Assembly: GCA_002633005.1 (NCBI GenBank) | Contig: NMRA01000431.1 | Coordinates: forward strand, 1 to 59,758 | DNA length: 59,758 nucleotides | Direction of reading: 5' to 3' | Source of the DNA: Phoronis australis | Taxonomy: Eukaryota > Animalia > Phoronida | Notes under the pieces: model-generated | Told to the model about the DNA's origin: nothing | Database searches by the model: none | The model's input: the letters and a program-made list of their open reading frames with translations, nothing else | Translations under genes and position numbers: made by a program | Shown here: one piece after another, positions 31,801-41,899 of the stretch | How the letters are laid out: every line of letters starts with the position of its first letter | Position numbering within the stretch: the first letter of the stretch is position 1

Positions 31801-33185
31801 TCCTAGTAAAGTTATATAAACGAGTCTTGTCAGCTCGACGTTCTGCGAAATAATCAGACATTATGAGACTTCAAAATGAACACTAATACAACAACTAAAA
31901 CTTGAGCGGTCTTAAAATACAGCGTAAACCTGTCTATTGCGTTATTCACCTTTCAAGTACAGATACATGTCATTCATGTTTCTGATATATGCAAGAGTCT
32001 TCTCACTTAAGCAGCACTAGTCTCCAACATCTATGCTATATTGTGTAGTGGTCCACACAATCATACAATCATCAACTTGGTTTACACTTCACAACGTTTA
32101 ATTGAATAAAGTCATAACACTAACTTTGTGTTTCTATAACCTCTTTCTGTTGCCTTCATTTGTCTACATCCTCTCACACCTTACATGACCCTTTAGACGA
32201 TTTAATAATGAAAGCGTAACTACGCACCAGACTTGGTAGTGACAATGCCATTGACCGTTTTGTTGCCATCCGTGTCATAGTGAGATTTCTCATCTTCAGT
32301 ATCAGTCACCTCACTTCTGTCCTCAATCTCACTGTGAAACAAAATTAATGCACTGCACAGTCACCAAAAACATTGATGCAACAGCTGTAAGAAGAATTTT
32401 AACAATAACTCAAGTAAATTATACTCTGCTTGTTTGGTCCTGGTTTCCAAGAAATTTGTGAAAATAAAATTATTCTTACATGATTCTACAGATTCAGTAA
32501 AACTCCTGACAATTTGATGTAGATAAAAACTTGTTTTGACTCGTCACAGTAACGAGTTTGGATTTTACTGCGTTCAGTTTGCTTCAAGCATGTAGAGTTA
32601 GGAAAAACAATACAAGTTCGAAATCATGCGAAATTCAGGCATTTGTTAAGCGAATGAGCACATTTTGAACATTTGGTACCAGCTCAGTGTTGCGATACCC
32701 AGACATCAGATACAATCCCCCACAGTATGTACACAGATTTTAAACATTTCATAACTGACAAGCACCTGACAGTAACCTTGATATCTCTGTAGTCACCTCC
32801 AACTTACTTTCTGACTCTTCCCATAAGAGACCCTGAATAGTTTTTACCTTCAACCACAAATGGTGCAAAAACAGGAGGAACAAATGCATGTGACATGAAC
32901 TGCCTACACCGATATGATCACCAGCTACGCTAGACTTGATCCAAAACCTATCTTCCATTCTCAAGCTAAAACATGGAGTAATATCCTTCTAAAAATACCA
33001 AAGATGCATCTTCGGCAAAATTGAGCTAACCTCCATGTTCTCTGATCAAAAATAATCTCAACTTGGTTGATGAGAGGAGTCAGGCACAGCGCCCTTTCAA
33101 TTTGTTGGTGGTGTAATGGCTTGGCTGGGTCTGATAAGGCGTAGCTATGTTCGTACACAATAGAAGAATCCACACCTGAGGACAT
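1732..33185 (-). CDS. INO80: INO80 chromatin-remodelling ATPase, 25 coding exons (~1049 aa), 3' end beyond left edge of window
   Basis: The spliced translation follows metazoan INO80 collinearly: N-terminal AKPL..Q..ERAL, LYNF..KK.R.WL, DBINO/HSA region ([24 protein letters not shown]; [23 protein letters not shown]), SNF2 motifs ([46 protein letters not shown]) and the insertion domain. All 24 internal introns are GT-AG with compatible phases; total 3147 nt. Confidence 0.97.
2188..3024. mobile_element. MITE with ~35-bp TIRs (PIF/Harbinger-like)
   Basis: GGGCTGTTCCAGCAAAATCTGTATGGGAGGGGGGG ... CCCCCCCTCCCACACGGATTTTACTGGAACAGCCC; flanks TAA/TCA; second copy at 38.8-40.8 kb. Confidence 0.8.
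3077..3350 (-). CDS. INO80: INO80 coding exon 24
   Basis: [13 protein letters not shown]...[22 protein letters not shown]...LPLSPVK; tttcag acceptor, gtacgt donor. Confidence 0.9.
3892..3978 (-). CDS. INO80: INO80 coding exon 23
   Basis: [29 protein letters not shown], matching RWLALFLSLKASYRLH. Confidence 0.93.
4063..5586 (-). mobile_element. Helentron-associated/DINE-like non-autonomous element (HINE) with internal ~450-bp tandem repeats
   Basis: Sub-TIR ATGCGCCCACA at both ends; terminal hairpin ATGCGTCCACATAT..ATATGTGGGCGCAT; (GGAC)n microsatellite; AACGCAGAGCGTT stem-loop beside the AACAAGAG end; internal unit repeats at ~4482/4932/5383. Confidence 0.8.
5784..5877 (-). CDS. INO80: INO80 coding exon 22
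   Basis: [31 protein letters not shown], matching [16 protein letters not shown]. Confidence 0.93.
6120..6227 (-). CDS. INO80: INO80 coding exon 21
   Basis: [36 protein letters not shown]; phases fit. Confidence 0.87.
6744..6843 (-). CDS. INO80: INO80 coding exon 20
   Basis: [33 protein letters not shown]; gtaagt donor. Confidence 0.95.
7186..7350 (-). CDS. INO80: INO80 coding exon 19
   Basis: [33 protein letters not shown]...[12 protein letters not shown]. Confidence 0.96.
7911..7996 (-). CDS. INO80: INO80 coding exon 18
   Basis: [29 protein letters not shown]. Confidence 0.97.
8434..8560. repeat. 62-bp tandem duplication spanning the exon 17 donor
   Basis: Two near-identical copies starting at 8434 and 8496. 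Confidence 0.95.
8541..8658 (-). CDS. INO80: INO80 coding exon 17
   Basis: [39 protein letters not shown]. Confidence 0.96.
8659..8848. repeat. 30-bp minisatellite (~6 copies) containing the exon 17 acceptor
   Basis: Unit GCAACACAAACATTATCATGAACAAGAGCT and variants. Confidence 0.95.
8948..10822. repeat. ~29-bp minisatellite (27/29/31-bp variants), ~1.9 kb
   Basis: GTACATAGAGAGATTGTGTGATTATCAAT repeated, with AG and TG dinucleotide slippage variants. Confidence 0.98.
11208..11292 (-). CDS. INO80: INO80 coding exon 16
   Basis: [29 protein letters not shown]. Confidence 0.96.
11689..11891 (-). CDS. INO80: INO80 coding exon 15 (Walker B DEAQ)
   Basis: [18 protein letters not shown]...[16 protein letters not shown]. 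Confidence 0.97.
12491..12646 (+). mobile_element. Solo LTR of a related tRNA-containing TRIM family
   Basis: TGTTGTGAAATGTG...ACGACA with 4-bp TSD GGGC; A box TAGCTGAATGG (12563) and B box GGTTCGATTCC (12606); shares the 5' end and the GGCAATTGCCTA-TAGCNGAATGG block with the TRIM LTRs. Confidence 0.88.
13700..14972. mobile_element. TIR element with 8-bp TSD (hAT- or P-like), non-autonomous
   Basis: TIR CAGACCTGTGTACCA / TGGTACACAGGTCTG; flanks TACAAATG / TAAATATG (6 of 8 match). Confidence 0.8.
15047..15142 (-). CDS. INO80: INO80 coding exon 14
   Basis: [32 protein letters not shown]. Confidence 0.96.
15765..15878 (-). CDS. INO80: INO80 coding exon 13 (Walker A)
   Basis: [38 protein letters not shown]. 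Confidence 0.97.
16163..16260 (-). CDS. INO80: INO80 coding exon 12
   Basis: [33 protein letters not shown]. Confidence 0.94.
16547..17689. repeat. 33-bp near-perfect satellite, ~35 copies
   Basis: GGCCAGGATATTACCTCTGGCCAATTGGCATGT. Confidence 0.99.
17762..17812 (-). ncRNA. Minimal type-I hammerhead ribozyme-like motif in pLTR (CTGATGA mutated to CAGATGA)
   Basis: TATC-CAGATGA-T-GTCTTG ttgaa TAAGAC-GAAA-CG-TT-GAG on the minus strand. Confidence 0.6.
18300..18352 (+). ncRNA. Minimal type-I hammerhead ribozyme-like motif in pLTR (GAAA mutated to AAAA)
   Basis: TATC-CTGATGA-T-GTCTTG ttaaa TAAGAC-AAAA-CG-TT-GAGATA. Confidence 0.6.
18919..18973 (-). CDS. INO80: INO80 coding exon 11
   Basis: [18 protein letters not shown]; ttccag acceptor, gtaagt donor; supplies the required phase 0 to 1 bridge. 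Confidence 0.82.
19339..19406 (-). CDS. INO80: INO80 coding exon 10
   Basis: [23 protein letters not shown]; gtgagt donor. Confidence 0.9.
20500..20695 (-). CDS. INO80: INO80 coding exon 9
   Basis: [25 protein letters not shown]...EDDY. Confidence 0.95.
21076..21185. repeat. 55-bp tandem duplication
   Basis: AGATAATTAGAGCCTCTATAGACGCGTAATATGAATGCATGCTAAGTGATG x2. Confidence 0.95.
21683..21886 (-). CDS. INO80: INO80 coding exon 8 (DBINO/HSA)
   Basis: [11 protein letters not shown]...[26 protein letters not shown]...LLE. Confidence 0.95.
22234..22445 (-). mobile_element. HINE end fragment (same family as 4063-5586)
   Basis: AACAAGAGCAATGCAAAGCGTTGAAATGCACCCACAA matches 4063-4099. Confidence 0.7.
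22719..22928 (-). CDS. INO80: INO80 coding exon 7
   Basis: ...[39 protein letters not shown]. Confidence 0.93.
22999..23349. repeat. 86-bp tandem repeat, 4 copies
   Basis: CAAGTTGCTTACATTAAGACAC...GACTATTTGCTTCA. Confidence 0.96.
24035..24397. mobile_element. Right-end fragment of the 13700-14972 family
   Basis: Shares ACAGAAGTCGTTGCTTATAG..TAGGCC and ends GGTACACAGGTCCG. Confidence 0.7.
25044..25851. repeat. 48-bp minisatellite (3+3 copies) interrupted by the TRIM
   Basis: CCGGTGGTGATGAACCGTGATCATCAGTGAACACCATTACACTGTGTG. Confidence 0.93.
25186..25706 (+). mobile_element. Complete TRIM (miniature non-autonomous LTR retrotransposon) with tRNA-like LTRs
   Basis: LTR1 25186-25351 and LTR2 25553-25706, both TGTTGTGAAA...TTTTCTACA; PBS TGGCGCCCAAC at 25353-25363; PPT GGAAGGGGGAGTAG at 25539-25552; 4-bp TSD ACTG on both sides; A and B boxes in each LTR. 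Confidence 0.93.
26768..26823 (-). CDS. INO80: INO80 coding exon 6
   Basis: [19 protein letters not shown]; tttcag acceptor, gtgagt donor, phase fits. Confidence 0.85.
27068..28546. mobile_element. Tc1/mariner (pogo/Tigger-type) non-autonomous element
   Basis: TA|CCGTATTCGCCCCAATAAGCG ... CGCTTATTAGGGTGAATACGG|TA: imperfect TIR with TA TSD; no transposase ORF. Confidence 0.85.
29080..29215 (-). CDS. INO80: INO80 coding exon 5 (CAGCAG tandem acceptor)
   Basis: [31 protein letters not shown]..., matching the QYQYYSAGLLS motif. Confidence 0.9.
29400..29460. repeat. Perfect palindrome, 30-bp arms with 1-nt spacer
   Basis: CTGTTTTTGAACATAATGTTTTAGAAGATA g TATCTTCTAAAACATTATGTTCAAAAACAG. Confidence 0.97.
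29712..30335. repeat. 27-bp minisatellite, ~23 copies
   Basis: CAGCATCATGGTCAGCTCAGACTCAAC. Confidence 0.97.
30353..30977 (+). mobile_element. Possible solo LTR
   Basis: TGTAAT...ATTATA ends, flanks TTCA/GTCA, internal CCAAT and AATAAA near the 3' end; one mismatch each in the terminus and the TSD. Confidence 0.3.
31014..31142 (-). CDS. INO80: INO80 coding exon 4
   Basis: [43 protein letters not shown]; gtaagt donor. Confidence 0.92.
31453..31705. repeat. 41-bp minisatellite, ~6 copies
   Basis: GTTTACCGTATCATACATCTTCACAGTTGCAGTAAAACACT. Confidence 0.96.
31775..31842 (-). CDS. INO80: INO80 coding exon 3
   Basis: [23 protein letters not shown], matching INO80 DKGNLYNFSKLKKSRKWLK; gtgagt donor. 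Confidence 0.92.
32228..32331 (-). CDS. INO80: INO80 coding exon 2
   Basis: [35 protein letters not shown]; cacag acceptor and gtgcgt donor; phases 2/1 bridge exons 1 and 3. Confidence 0.8.
33031..33185 (-). CDS. INO80: INO80 coding exon 1 (ATG at 33185; acceptor 8 nt upstream, so a 5' UTR intron precedes it)
   Basis: [51 protein letters not shown]; tttgcag acceptor and GAG|gttag donor. Confidence 0.88.
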
Positions 33186-33227
33186 AGCCAAATCTGCAAA
33201 TAAAAAAAGAAAACAGATGCAAAAAAT

Positions 33228-33518
33228 AAGAGACGCATACACATAAAGACAAACGCACACAGTACATAATCTGTAGGAGCCCATAAAAGATACACACACA
33301 TAAAGACAAACGCACACAGTACATAATCTGTAGGAGCCCATAAAAGATACACACACATAAAGACAGATACACACAGTGTACCTAATTTTTTGGCAGCAGA
33401 TAAGAGATGCACGCACATAAACAGACACACACAGTACATAATTTGTTGGGAGCCCAAAAAAAGATACACACATATAAAGACAGACACACACAGTACATAA
33501 CTTGTTGGGAGCCCATAA
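33228..33518. repeat. ~57-60-bp imperfect tandem repeat, ~5 copies, just upstream of the first coding exon acceptor
   Basis: ACATAAAGACAAACGCACACAGTACATAATCTGTAGGAGCCCATAAAAGATACACAC. Confidence 0.9.
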
Positions 33519-36500
33519 ATATGGGAGTTAACTGTATTCATTTCAGGATGCTAAACTGAAAACTAAAAAAAATCAGGAGTGGCACAATTTTTTTTAACAG
33601 ACCAGTAAATTTATGCAGTACATTCAAATCTGGATCTTAACACCTGTTTAATAAATGTTTTCTTTAGGTCTATAGCCTATTTGCTTACCCTGGGGACATT
33701 GACTTTTCATTTCAAATTTTGAACAATTCTGTTACCATTTTCTTTCTCATTTCATTTCTTAAAAATCCGTTTCATTAAAATGCCTCTTGAATGTGAATTA
33801 AATGTGACGTAATTGTTTATTTTGCTTAATTTGCACTTTCTTATGTTCTATCAGTCATTTATGTTGCAACTACGTTTTACTGACAATTTTACACATATTT
33901 ATTGCGTCTCAAAAAACGGAAAAATAATAGCGTCACTTTTAGATAGAATGTACTTGAACATGTCTGCAACAAAGTGATTGACGTTCAAGTTGTGAACAGA
34001 ATCAGTTCCAGGTAAGAAATCCAATTCCGAAATTCCGTCTATTTCCATATCGGGTGAAAAAAGAGTTACCGGTATGCTATAAGCCTGGCAGTCACAAGAA
34101 CGTTTTGAAGAATGCTGGCTTCTGTGTACCTGATCAGAGATATCTATTATATTTCAAAGAAATCTGTAATGGTCAACATTCAATATTATTATGAGTTTTT
34201 ACTTTTCAAAGGCTGATCATCTTGCTTTACATAATGGAAACTTTACCAAATGTCACTTTATGAAACAGACACAATTCAAACCAAGCGCAGGGGTTTCTCC
34301 CATAGGAGCAAGTGAGGATGTGCCGCCATTTCGGGTGGGTATTTTGGTCTTCTAACGTATTGTCTTGGGTAGGTATCTGGGATACATTTTCTCACTATGT
34401 GGAAGTTAACCTTTGCTCTGTCGCTAATATGCTTCCAAGCCTCAGACAAGAAAGTGGCGCTTCATGCTATTGAAGAGGTGTTGACACCTGAAAGTATTTG
34501 CAAAGTTGGTGTTGTCTCGGTCTAGGTATTTTAGTCTTGGTATTGTCTCGCATAGTTTTTCATCATTTGGAATTATCTCGAGTGTGTACTTTTTTCTCAC
34601 ATGAAATGGAACATGCTACAAGACTGGTTAATAACACCGAGTACGTAATTTTTTGATATTACATGGGCGAATCACAAAGTAGTGCAAAGTAGAAATCCAC
34701 ATGCCTTGCATTTTATCATCTGCAAAACACTAATACCAACAAAATAAAGTCGGAATTCCGTGAAGGTGACATGGTTCAATATGACATCCAAAGCACCAAC
34801 ATCATACGTACGCTAGGTCAGAAGGACATGCAAACAACTTCATAAACGGACCCATCTTCTGCAGCAAATTCCATATCCACGTTCATTCAAACGGAGAAGA
34901 ACCCCGACTCGGGCAAACCACGTGGTGAGACTGTCTAGATATGCTGTCTCAAGGTCAATTCAGTGCTCAAGCGCGGGAAAGCCATGCTGACTGTTATTTG
35001 TCAAGTTTTTAATGTTAAAACTTCAAATAGTATTTATTAGATTCCAACTTAAACATTTGTTATGAAAGCTAAATGCAATTTACAACTGTTAAGTTTAAAA
35101 TAAAATTATTGACAAAAAGTAACAGGATACACTTTACATAGTGCAAGCGTGCTTTTACGAAAGTTGCATCATGTGGTTAAAAATTTTAGACACGCTGATT
35201 TTTTCGGTAAAGTTTGTATTTACGGTTCATATGACAAAAAAATCCTACACTCCTCTCGGGTTCATGTCATGAACCAGAGACTTGTGAAGGATTCTCTATA
35301 TCTGCCAAGGTATTATGTTGGTTTGGATTTTGACGTCTCAGCGGAACACCCATACACAGTACACCCCGTGAAACAAAGCTTCCAATAAACTAACATCTGC
35401 TAATTGTTTTCCTTTAGAAATTGACATATCACAAGCTCCGCCCCCTTGCGTAATGTTGACTAACAAATAATAAGTTTTACCTGGCAATGTGTTGTTTGTC
35501 AGGTAAAATGGCGCTATGGAAAGAATGATGAGTTCTAAGTGATCAGCTAAGCCGCACTCAAAATCCTGGCGATATGTCAAATTGTCAGGTATATTATGCG
35601 CTAAATAAGTGAAGAATTACCATACATCACGACCGTAGGAAGCGGGGGGCAAAATGTTCAGGCGTCAGGGTTAAACCGTGGCAACCGACATAGGTGTGGG
35701 GCGGGGGACAATAGAGAAAAGAACGACTGCGAAATACAGATAAGAGAACATTTAACAACAGTGTATGGTTTACCTTTTGAGTACCCTGGTCAGGACATTG
35801 TTAGGGTCTCCGCTTTTGCGGCACAGGTCGTCTAAACACACTTGAAATATGCACGTAATCATTCATACTCATACATATATTTCGAAAAATTGAGAAAATT
35901 TGTAAAGTGAAGCTTTGCGGAGTGTACTAATTTATTGGATTTTCAAATTCAATAAAGTCAGTTTTTGCGAATGCAAAACTATATTTTTCCAACGGTCCCT
36001 CTCTGGAAAGGGATAACGGAGACGACATTCGCTTTATTTTTTTGTTGAAATTGTATATCACTTGAGAAAAATTGATAACCAGACAGATAACAAATACTGC
36101 GCATTTCCTGATTTTCGAAAAAAATAATAAATATTTTCATATTTAGGGGCCTCGCCCTTGAAGGAGGGCACTGATGATATTCAAGTGGCCACCCTTTTTG
36201 TGTTTTTATTGACAAATACTAAAGGGGCCGCACTCGGTTAGCGGGTCTAATGTTGGAATCGATTACCTCCATTTTGCTGCTTTCTTTGAAATCGTGCAAC
36301 CGGCTTTCATGTTGAAGGTCACTTTCTGGATCGTTTTGCGACAACACCATGGTCACTCATTTTCCAAGCTTAACAATGTTTAGCCTTTCATCGTAAAGTG
36401 TCCCATTTCAGACAGGACCCTCTCTCGGTGAAGCAGTTCAGGGGAAATGTCCCTTTGTGCCTCTATACATGTAAATCCGACACTGCCAAGTATTCACGAG

Positions 36501-38671
36501 GGATCTTGAGATTCCAAATTCATCAAAAAAAAAAATACAAAACACTCGTGCCCAGCAAGCAGTATCAAGGCATTTGACCCAAACAACCAAAAAATGTGAA
36601 TAAAATACAATAGGATTGACCGCCATCGAAAGAGTGGAATTTTGAAGAATGTGAAGACCATTATTTGTGAATTACATAAAAGGACTATTTCCGATGGTTA
36701 GTTATAAAATTGAGCATTCCCGTCGAATACCTGCCTTTTTGCCTTTTTAGCAGACTTTTGTCTCATTTTTCTCGTACTTTTTGTTTCCCTGCGGCGGACC
36801 TTTTTGCCTACTTCGCCAAATGGGGATAGGGGCTTGGAGCCTCCCTGGGTGCATGCATGCTTACTATGATTTGTTTGTAAGGAATTTCCACGTGGAAAAC
36901 ACAGCTGTCTAGACTAATATTTCTGATGACCGCGTACATGTACAAAGGGGGTACTCAAAGAATTCTCGCAATCATAAAAAATGATTTCAGCTTTTTTAGT
37001 CAGTGGGATTCAAATTTACCTCGTGAACCGTTATAGGCACATGTACCTTTGAAATGAGCAAAAATACACCTTAAGAATGCCCCGTCTCACACATTCCCCC
37101 GGTTACCCGTCAAAAGTCTGCAAGCATGCATACGGGAATTGCTTATAACATTCCATTCTGATTAACAAATTCGTTGGTTTCTATTTTACTTGTTTATATG
37201 TATCTACGAAAATCAATAAGATTCAGAGATGACTTTTGACAATTAGAAGCTTATCTTTTAAGAAATGATGATATTTCAGAAAATTAAATTGCAGCGTGAA
37301 GTTGGAAAAACTCTGTAATCCGATCCCCAAATAGTAAAGAGCACTTAGAAGATTTTACCTACCAGTATCTAAAATAACTCTTAAAGACATTGATGAAATT
37401 CAGACTCACAAACCGTAGATCGAAAAAAGTTTTAAAAGTGCTTAAATAAATAAAATTAAACTCACTGCTTGGAAAGGTTGTCTTTGTACTTCCTTGGTGT
37501 TTTTGTTTTCTCGTAGTATTGAGCAATGGATTTTTGTTCTTCAAAACTGAATTGCTCGCTTGCCTGATTCCCGTGCACGTCATGACTGACACACCCACAT
37601 TAAAAATAAGATACAACCATGCAGTAGGCCCGCGCAGAATCTCAGGGATCCACGGGAATTGAACTTCAGGCCTTGAAGTGTGTACATTTTTGGGAAACAC
37701 TCTGTATCATTTTCCCCAACCACCAGAAACTGGACTGCCGGTCATGTTTCAACGATAGATTTTAAAACAGCCCCAAAGGCACTCAGGCAAATCACAATCA
37801 AGGTCCATATTCCCTGGCCACTTTTGGTGAAAAATGAAGGTAGTCACATAACTGTAAAAGCTGGGTTATTATAAAGTACCATCATTCCAGGTTTGTAATC
37901 TAAAATAGTTTTGTACAAGAACCACCAAATAAAATTTTATGGCCCAATTCATCACAGTTGTATAAAAGGGTACGTGCACTACAACTTGAGGTCACAGCCC
38001 ACTTCTATCATGCAAAAATTCATAAGGTAGCTGTTAATTTTATAAGTTCTTGGTCAAATTGAAGAAGTACCACATACTTAAGTAAGTAGAGTTATTACCT
38101 TGCTGATCAAGTTGTTTTAGATGATGATACATTGCATATCTTAACACAGTATAATGAGAACTTCTTCTATAGCAATACGATTCTTACAAAAAGTAAATGA
38201 CAAGTAACTGCTTTTTTCAAAAACTTTATTGGTGCTATTTGCCTAGTTTCCAATACATTCACCAGCTGGTCAAAATAGTTAAAGTAATGCTAGGTACAGT
38301 GTTCCACTTGTAAACAGTAAAAAATGGTACTGGTTGGGGGGTACGTACACTATGCACAGTCAATCAACGTCAAATTTTAACTAAGTTACAAATGTATGCG
38401 ATGGTCTCGAGTTTTGTGCTGCCTCTACTTGGTTTGTTGCAAGTTGTCTTGAGAGATAGAGAACCTGCTTCTGCAACATCAGTTGTCACATGACCTGTTT
38501 TCTAGGATGTTACTAACCAAGTCCTGTGTGGCATTTTATTCTCCACAAATTTAATAATGTCCATTGTTGTCTTGTAAGATTGGATGCATTTTGAAAATAT
38601 CAGTATTGTTCATGAAAATATCAGAATGTAAAAATACTTGTGGGCAATACTTTATAGCACAAAGGCTGAAC

Positions 38672-38761
38672 GTACGTACACTACACAGGGGTACGTACAC
38701 TACACAAGGGTACGTACACTACACAGGGGTACGTACACTACACAGGGGTACGTACACTACA
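38672..38761. repeat. 19-bp tandem repeat, with dispersed copies of the same motif at 37968-41245
   Basis: GTACGTACACTACACAGGG, ~4.7 copies. Confidence 0.9.
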
Positions 38762-38844
38762 TTTCAATGACTTGTCAGGTTTATAAAAGAACTTTGAATC
38801 TAAGAGTTCATTAACCAAATCCAGTCAAAGAGAACCTGTAAATG

Positions 38845-40813
38845 ATGACAGGTTGGTATTTTCAGCCAAACACATCTCAAAAGAAATTCAAAACTCACCA
38901 AAAATATACTTGGCATATATCCAACCATATCCCAAAACAAAACACACACCCATGTCCCTATGTAGGGAGTGCAATATGTACACTATGCCATTAATTAAGT
39001 CATGAGCAACTTGATTACAAGCACATGTTGTACTGCAGTCACATTAGGATGAAAATTTCTGCAACACTAAACTGGTGTTAAACACATATAACAAAATTGA
39101 TGATTTTTAAATAAAAAGTATGAGGAGTAAGTTCCAATATTCACTTGACATAGCAGTCTAAAAGCGTTCGTGGAGACACTTTGAGATTCATAGATTCAAA
39201 AAAAAATCTTATTGAAATTACGGACACATGGTGAACAGAGACACCTGGTGGCTGCCAAAAGCATTGCTCACAGGTGTCTTTGAAAAGCAAGTTTCTCGTA
39301 ACTGATGAGTTGTGATCTTCCATGGAATTTTTCTGCACCCACAAAAATTTGTGGTCTGTCCATCAGTCATTATCATTTCTTGTCCATCAAATATCTCAAG
39401 AACCGCTTGGCGGATCATGATGAAATTATGTATAGAGGTACTTGGCAAGGATGCGTCTACACCAGTCGGTTTCTGGGCGGATTTGGCAACCTTGGTACCC
39501 CATGATGGTCGCTTTAGTTTTTGACGAGCCATTCCTTGTATGTTGATTATCTCAAAAACTGTTTCACTGATCACAATGACATTCGAAATAGAAGTATATC
39601 GCAAAAATATGCTGGACACTGGATTCAACTACTGTGGCACCCCGTCAGTTTTCGACTGCTCAAGTCATTGCATGTCCGTCGATTATCTTGAAACCGCTTA
39701 ACGGATCATGATGACATTTGGCATAGAGATAGAGGGCTGGCATGCACCAGCACCGATCGATTTTCGGACAGATTTGGCTACCATAGCACCCCTGTTGGCC
39801 ATTTTAGTTTTTGACAACAGCAAAAACTGCATTTTATACTTCAACCAAATTAAAAATGATGGGTCCGTCTTTCATTATCATTTTTTGTCCGTTTGGCGGA
39901 TCATGATCAAATTTGGTGTAGAGGTAATCGGCGTGGATGCGCCAGCACCACCACAGGGTACCTAAACTACATGGTCAACGGACTCATAAACACGGGCACG
40001 GACGCATGAACACGACTCACAGACCTGCAAACACCGTCCACTGACTCACAAACACGGGAACGGACTCACAAAACACGATCCACACACCCAAATACACGGG
40101 ACACGGACTCATATTCATGAGGAAACACGGTTAACGGAATGCCAAACACGGGTCACATACTCATCGGCTTCCTGGGTCAGTTGACATCTCCATTTTGTCC
40201 ATAAACCGTGTTTGGCGGTCCATTAACCGTGTTTCCTCGTGAATATGAGTCCGTGTCCCGTGTATTTGGGTGCGTGGATCGTGTTTTGGGAGTCCGTTCC
40301 CTTGTTTGTGAGTCAGTGGACGGTGTTTGCAGGTCCGTGAGTCGTGTTTATGAGTCCGTAGACCGTGTAGTTTAGGTACCAGTTACTTTGAAACCGCTTG
40401 ACGGATGTTGATGACATTTAGCAGATTTGGCTACTGCAGCACCCCCCCTGTGGGGTATTTTAGTTTTTAACAAGACAGGCTGATTATCTCAAAAAGTGCA
40501 AGCCACAACTGGTGGCACAAAAATAAACAGCAGGGATGGATGCGCTGACACAAGTCATTTTCATTTTGATTCAACCATTGGCTACTTTAGTTTTTGACAA
40601 TATTGGACAAGACAACTAGTTCTTGTCTGCCGATCATCTAAGTTTTTAACACGTCATCCTGGATGCAATTTTTTTTGCAAGAGTTGGTTTTTAAATTTTA
40701 ACCTATTACTTAAAAAATTATGGGTTGTGGGTTGGAGAAATAAATGAAAAATATGGGCGGTGGGTACGAAATAAAAGTGCCTTCCCCCATACATTTTTTG
40801 CTGGAACTACCCT
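38845..40813 (-). mobile_element. Inverted, longer copy of the 2188-3024 element containing extra internal sequence
   Basis: 38845-39290 is the reverse complement of ~2430-2868, and ~40585-40813 of ~2188-2430; about 1.3 kb between them is absent from the first copy. Confidence 0.8.
39957..40380. mobile_element. Foldback/palindromic MITE
   Basis: GGTACCTAAACTACATGGTCAACGGACTCATAAACACG ... CGTGTTTATGAGTCCGTAGACCGTGTAGTTTAGGTACC; ~190-bp near-perfect arms with repeated AAACACGG/ACGGACTCA units. Confidence 0.85.
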
Positions 40814-41899
40814 AAATCAATTCCAAGAGAAAAAATAAAAAGCACAGCATTCATAAGCATATCTGCCATACTTTCAAAATAGGCACAAATTAAAATATTG
40901 GGGTACGTACACTACACAATTGCTAATATTTCACTCAAAACAAATGTATTTGCACCTTTTTAACCTAACATTTTTAAGGAAGGAAACTGTTTGTGACCAA
41001 TGTTGCTCAATTACTGATATTTTAATTTCACGGAATTTGTAAACATGGGGGTACATACACTACAAAAGGGGGTACGTACACTACATCACTGTTTGTGCAT
41101 CACATGGTAACATGTTGTATGGCCACTTATTTTTCTTTGATGATAATAAGCACCATGTTATTATTCAAAAGGCAATACCGGGTAATTTCATTTGCAATGA
41201 CCATTTGTGTTACTGATTTCCACATGGGGTTACGTACACTACATTTTGTTAGCCTTTTGGCCCATTTTCAAAATAGCAGAACCCAGTCAACATCCAAACT
41301 TTTGGTTTGTTTAGATATTGAATAATTTGCAGTGTTGCCTAGGCTAACATATTCTGCAGTTCTTTTTATTACACAGTGTTAACTTTAGTTTTTAACCTTT
41401 TTTACAGTAAGTGAGTGTTAGTAACACACAATTTACAAATTTCCTAACGAGTGACTGTTTTATGATGAACCCTACTATTTCTCAATGGTTATGCACAACT
41501 TCATCTAAGTGATTCTGAAAGTGACTCAAGTTATTCCTAGTCATATCTAAGCAATTGCTTACTTAATAAAATAAATTTCTTTTCTACAGTTGACAGTTGA
41601 AATTTGTAATTTTTAAAATGGCCACTCTGAACGCTAAAAATGCATGAAATTCATAGAAAAAACATACATAAATTTCTCAAACATTGTCCGATTTTGATGA
41701 TTCTTTTTTAATTTGCACAACTAAATAACTTTTTACATATGAGATTCAGTTGGCATTTGGTAAGTGACTAGAAAAATTTATTTTAGACGGTAACACTGTC
41801 AACTCTCGAATATGGACCTTGATTGATTTAGCGGACTACACCAGGGACCTAAGTACCTCACCTTTTCAAAAAACTCCTTCAAAGAATGACCATAATAAA

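Noticed and set aside
32961-33541. Cys-rich 153-176 aa ORFs
   Set aside because: Only the INO80 exon portion is coding; the rest is translated TG-rich tandem repeat.
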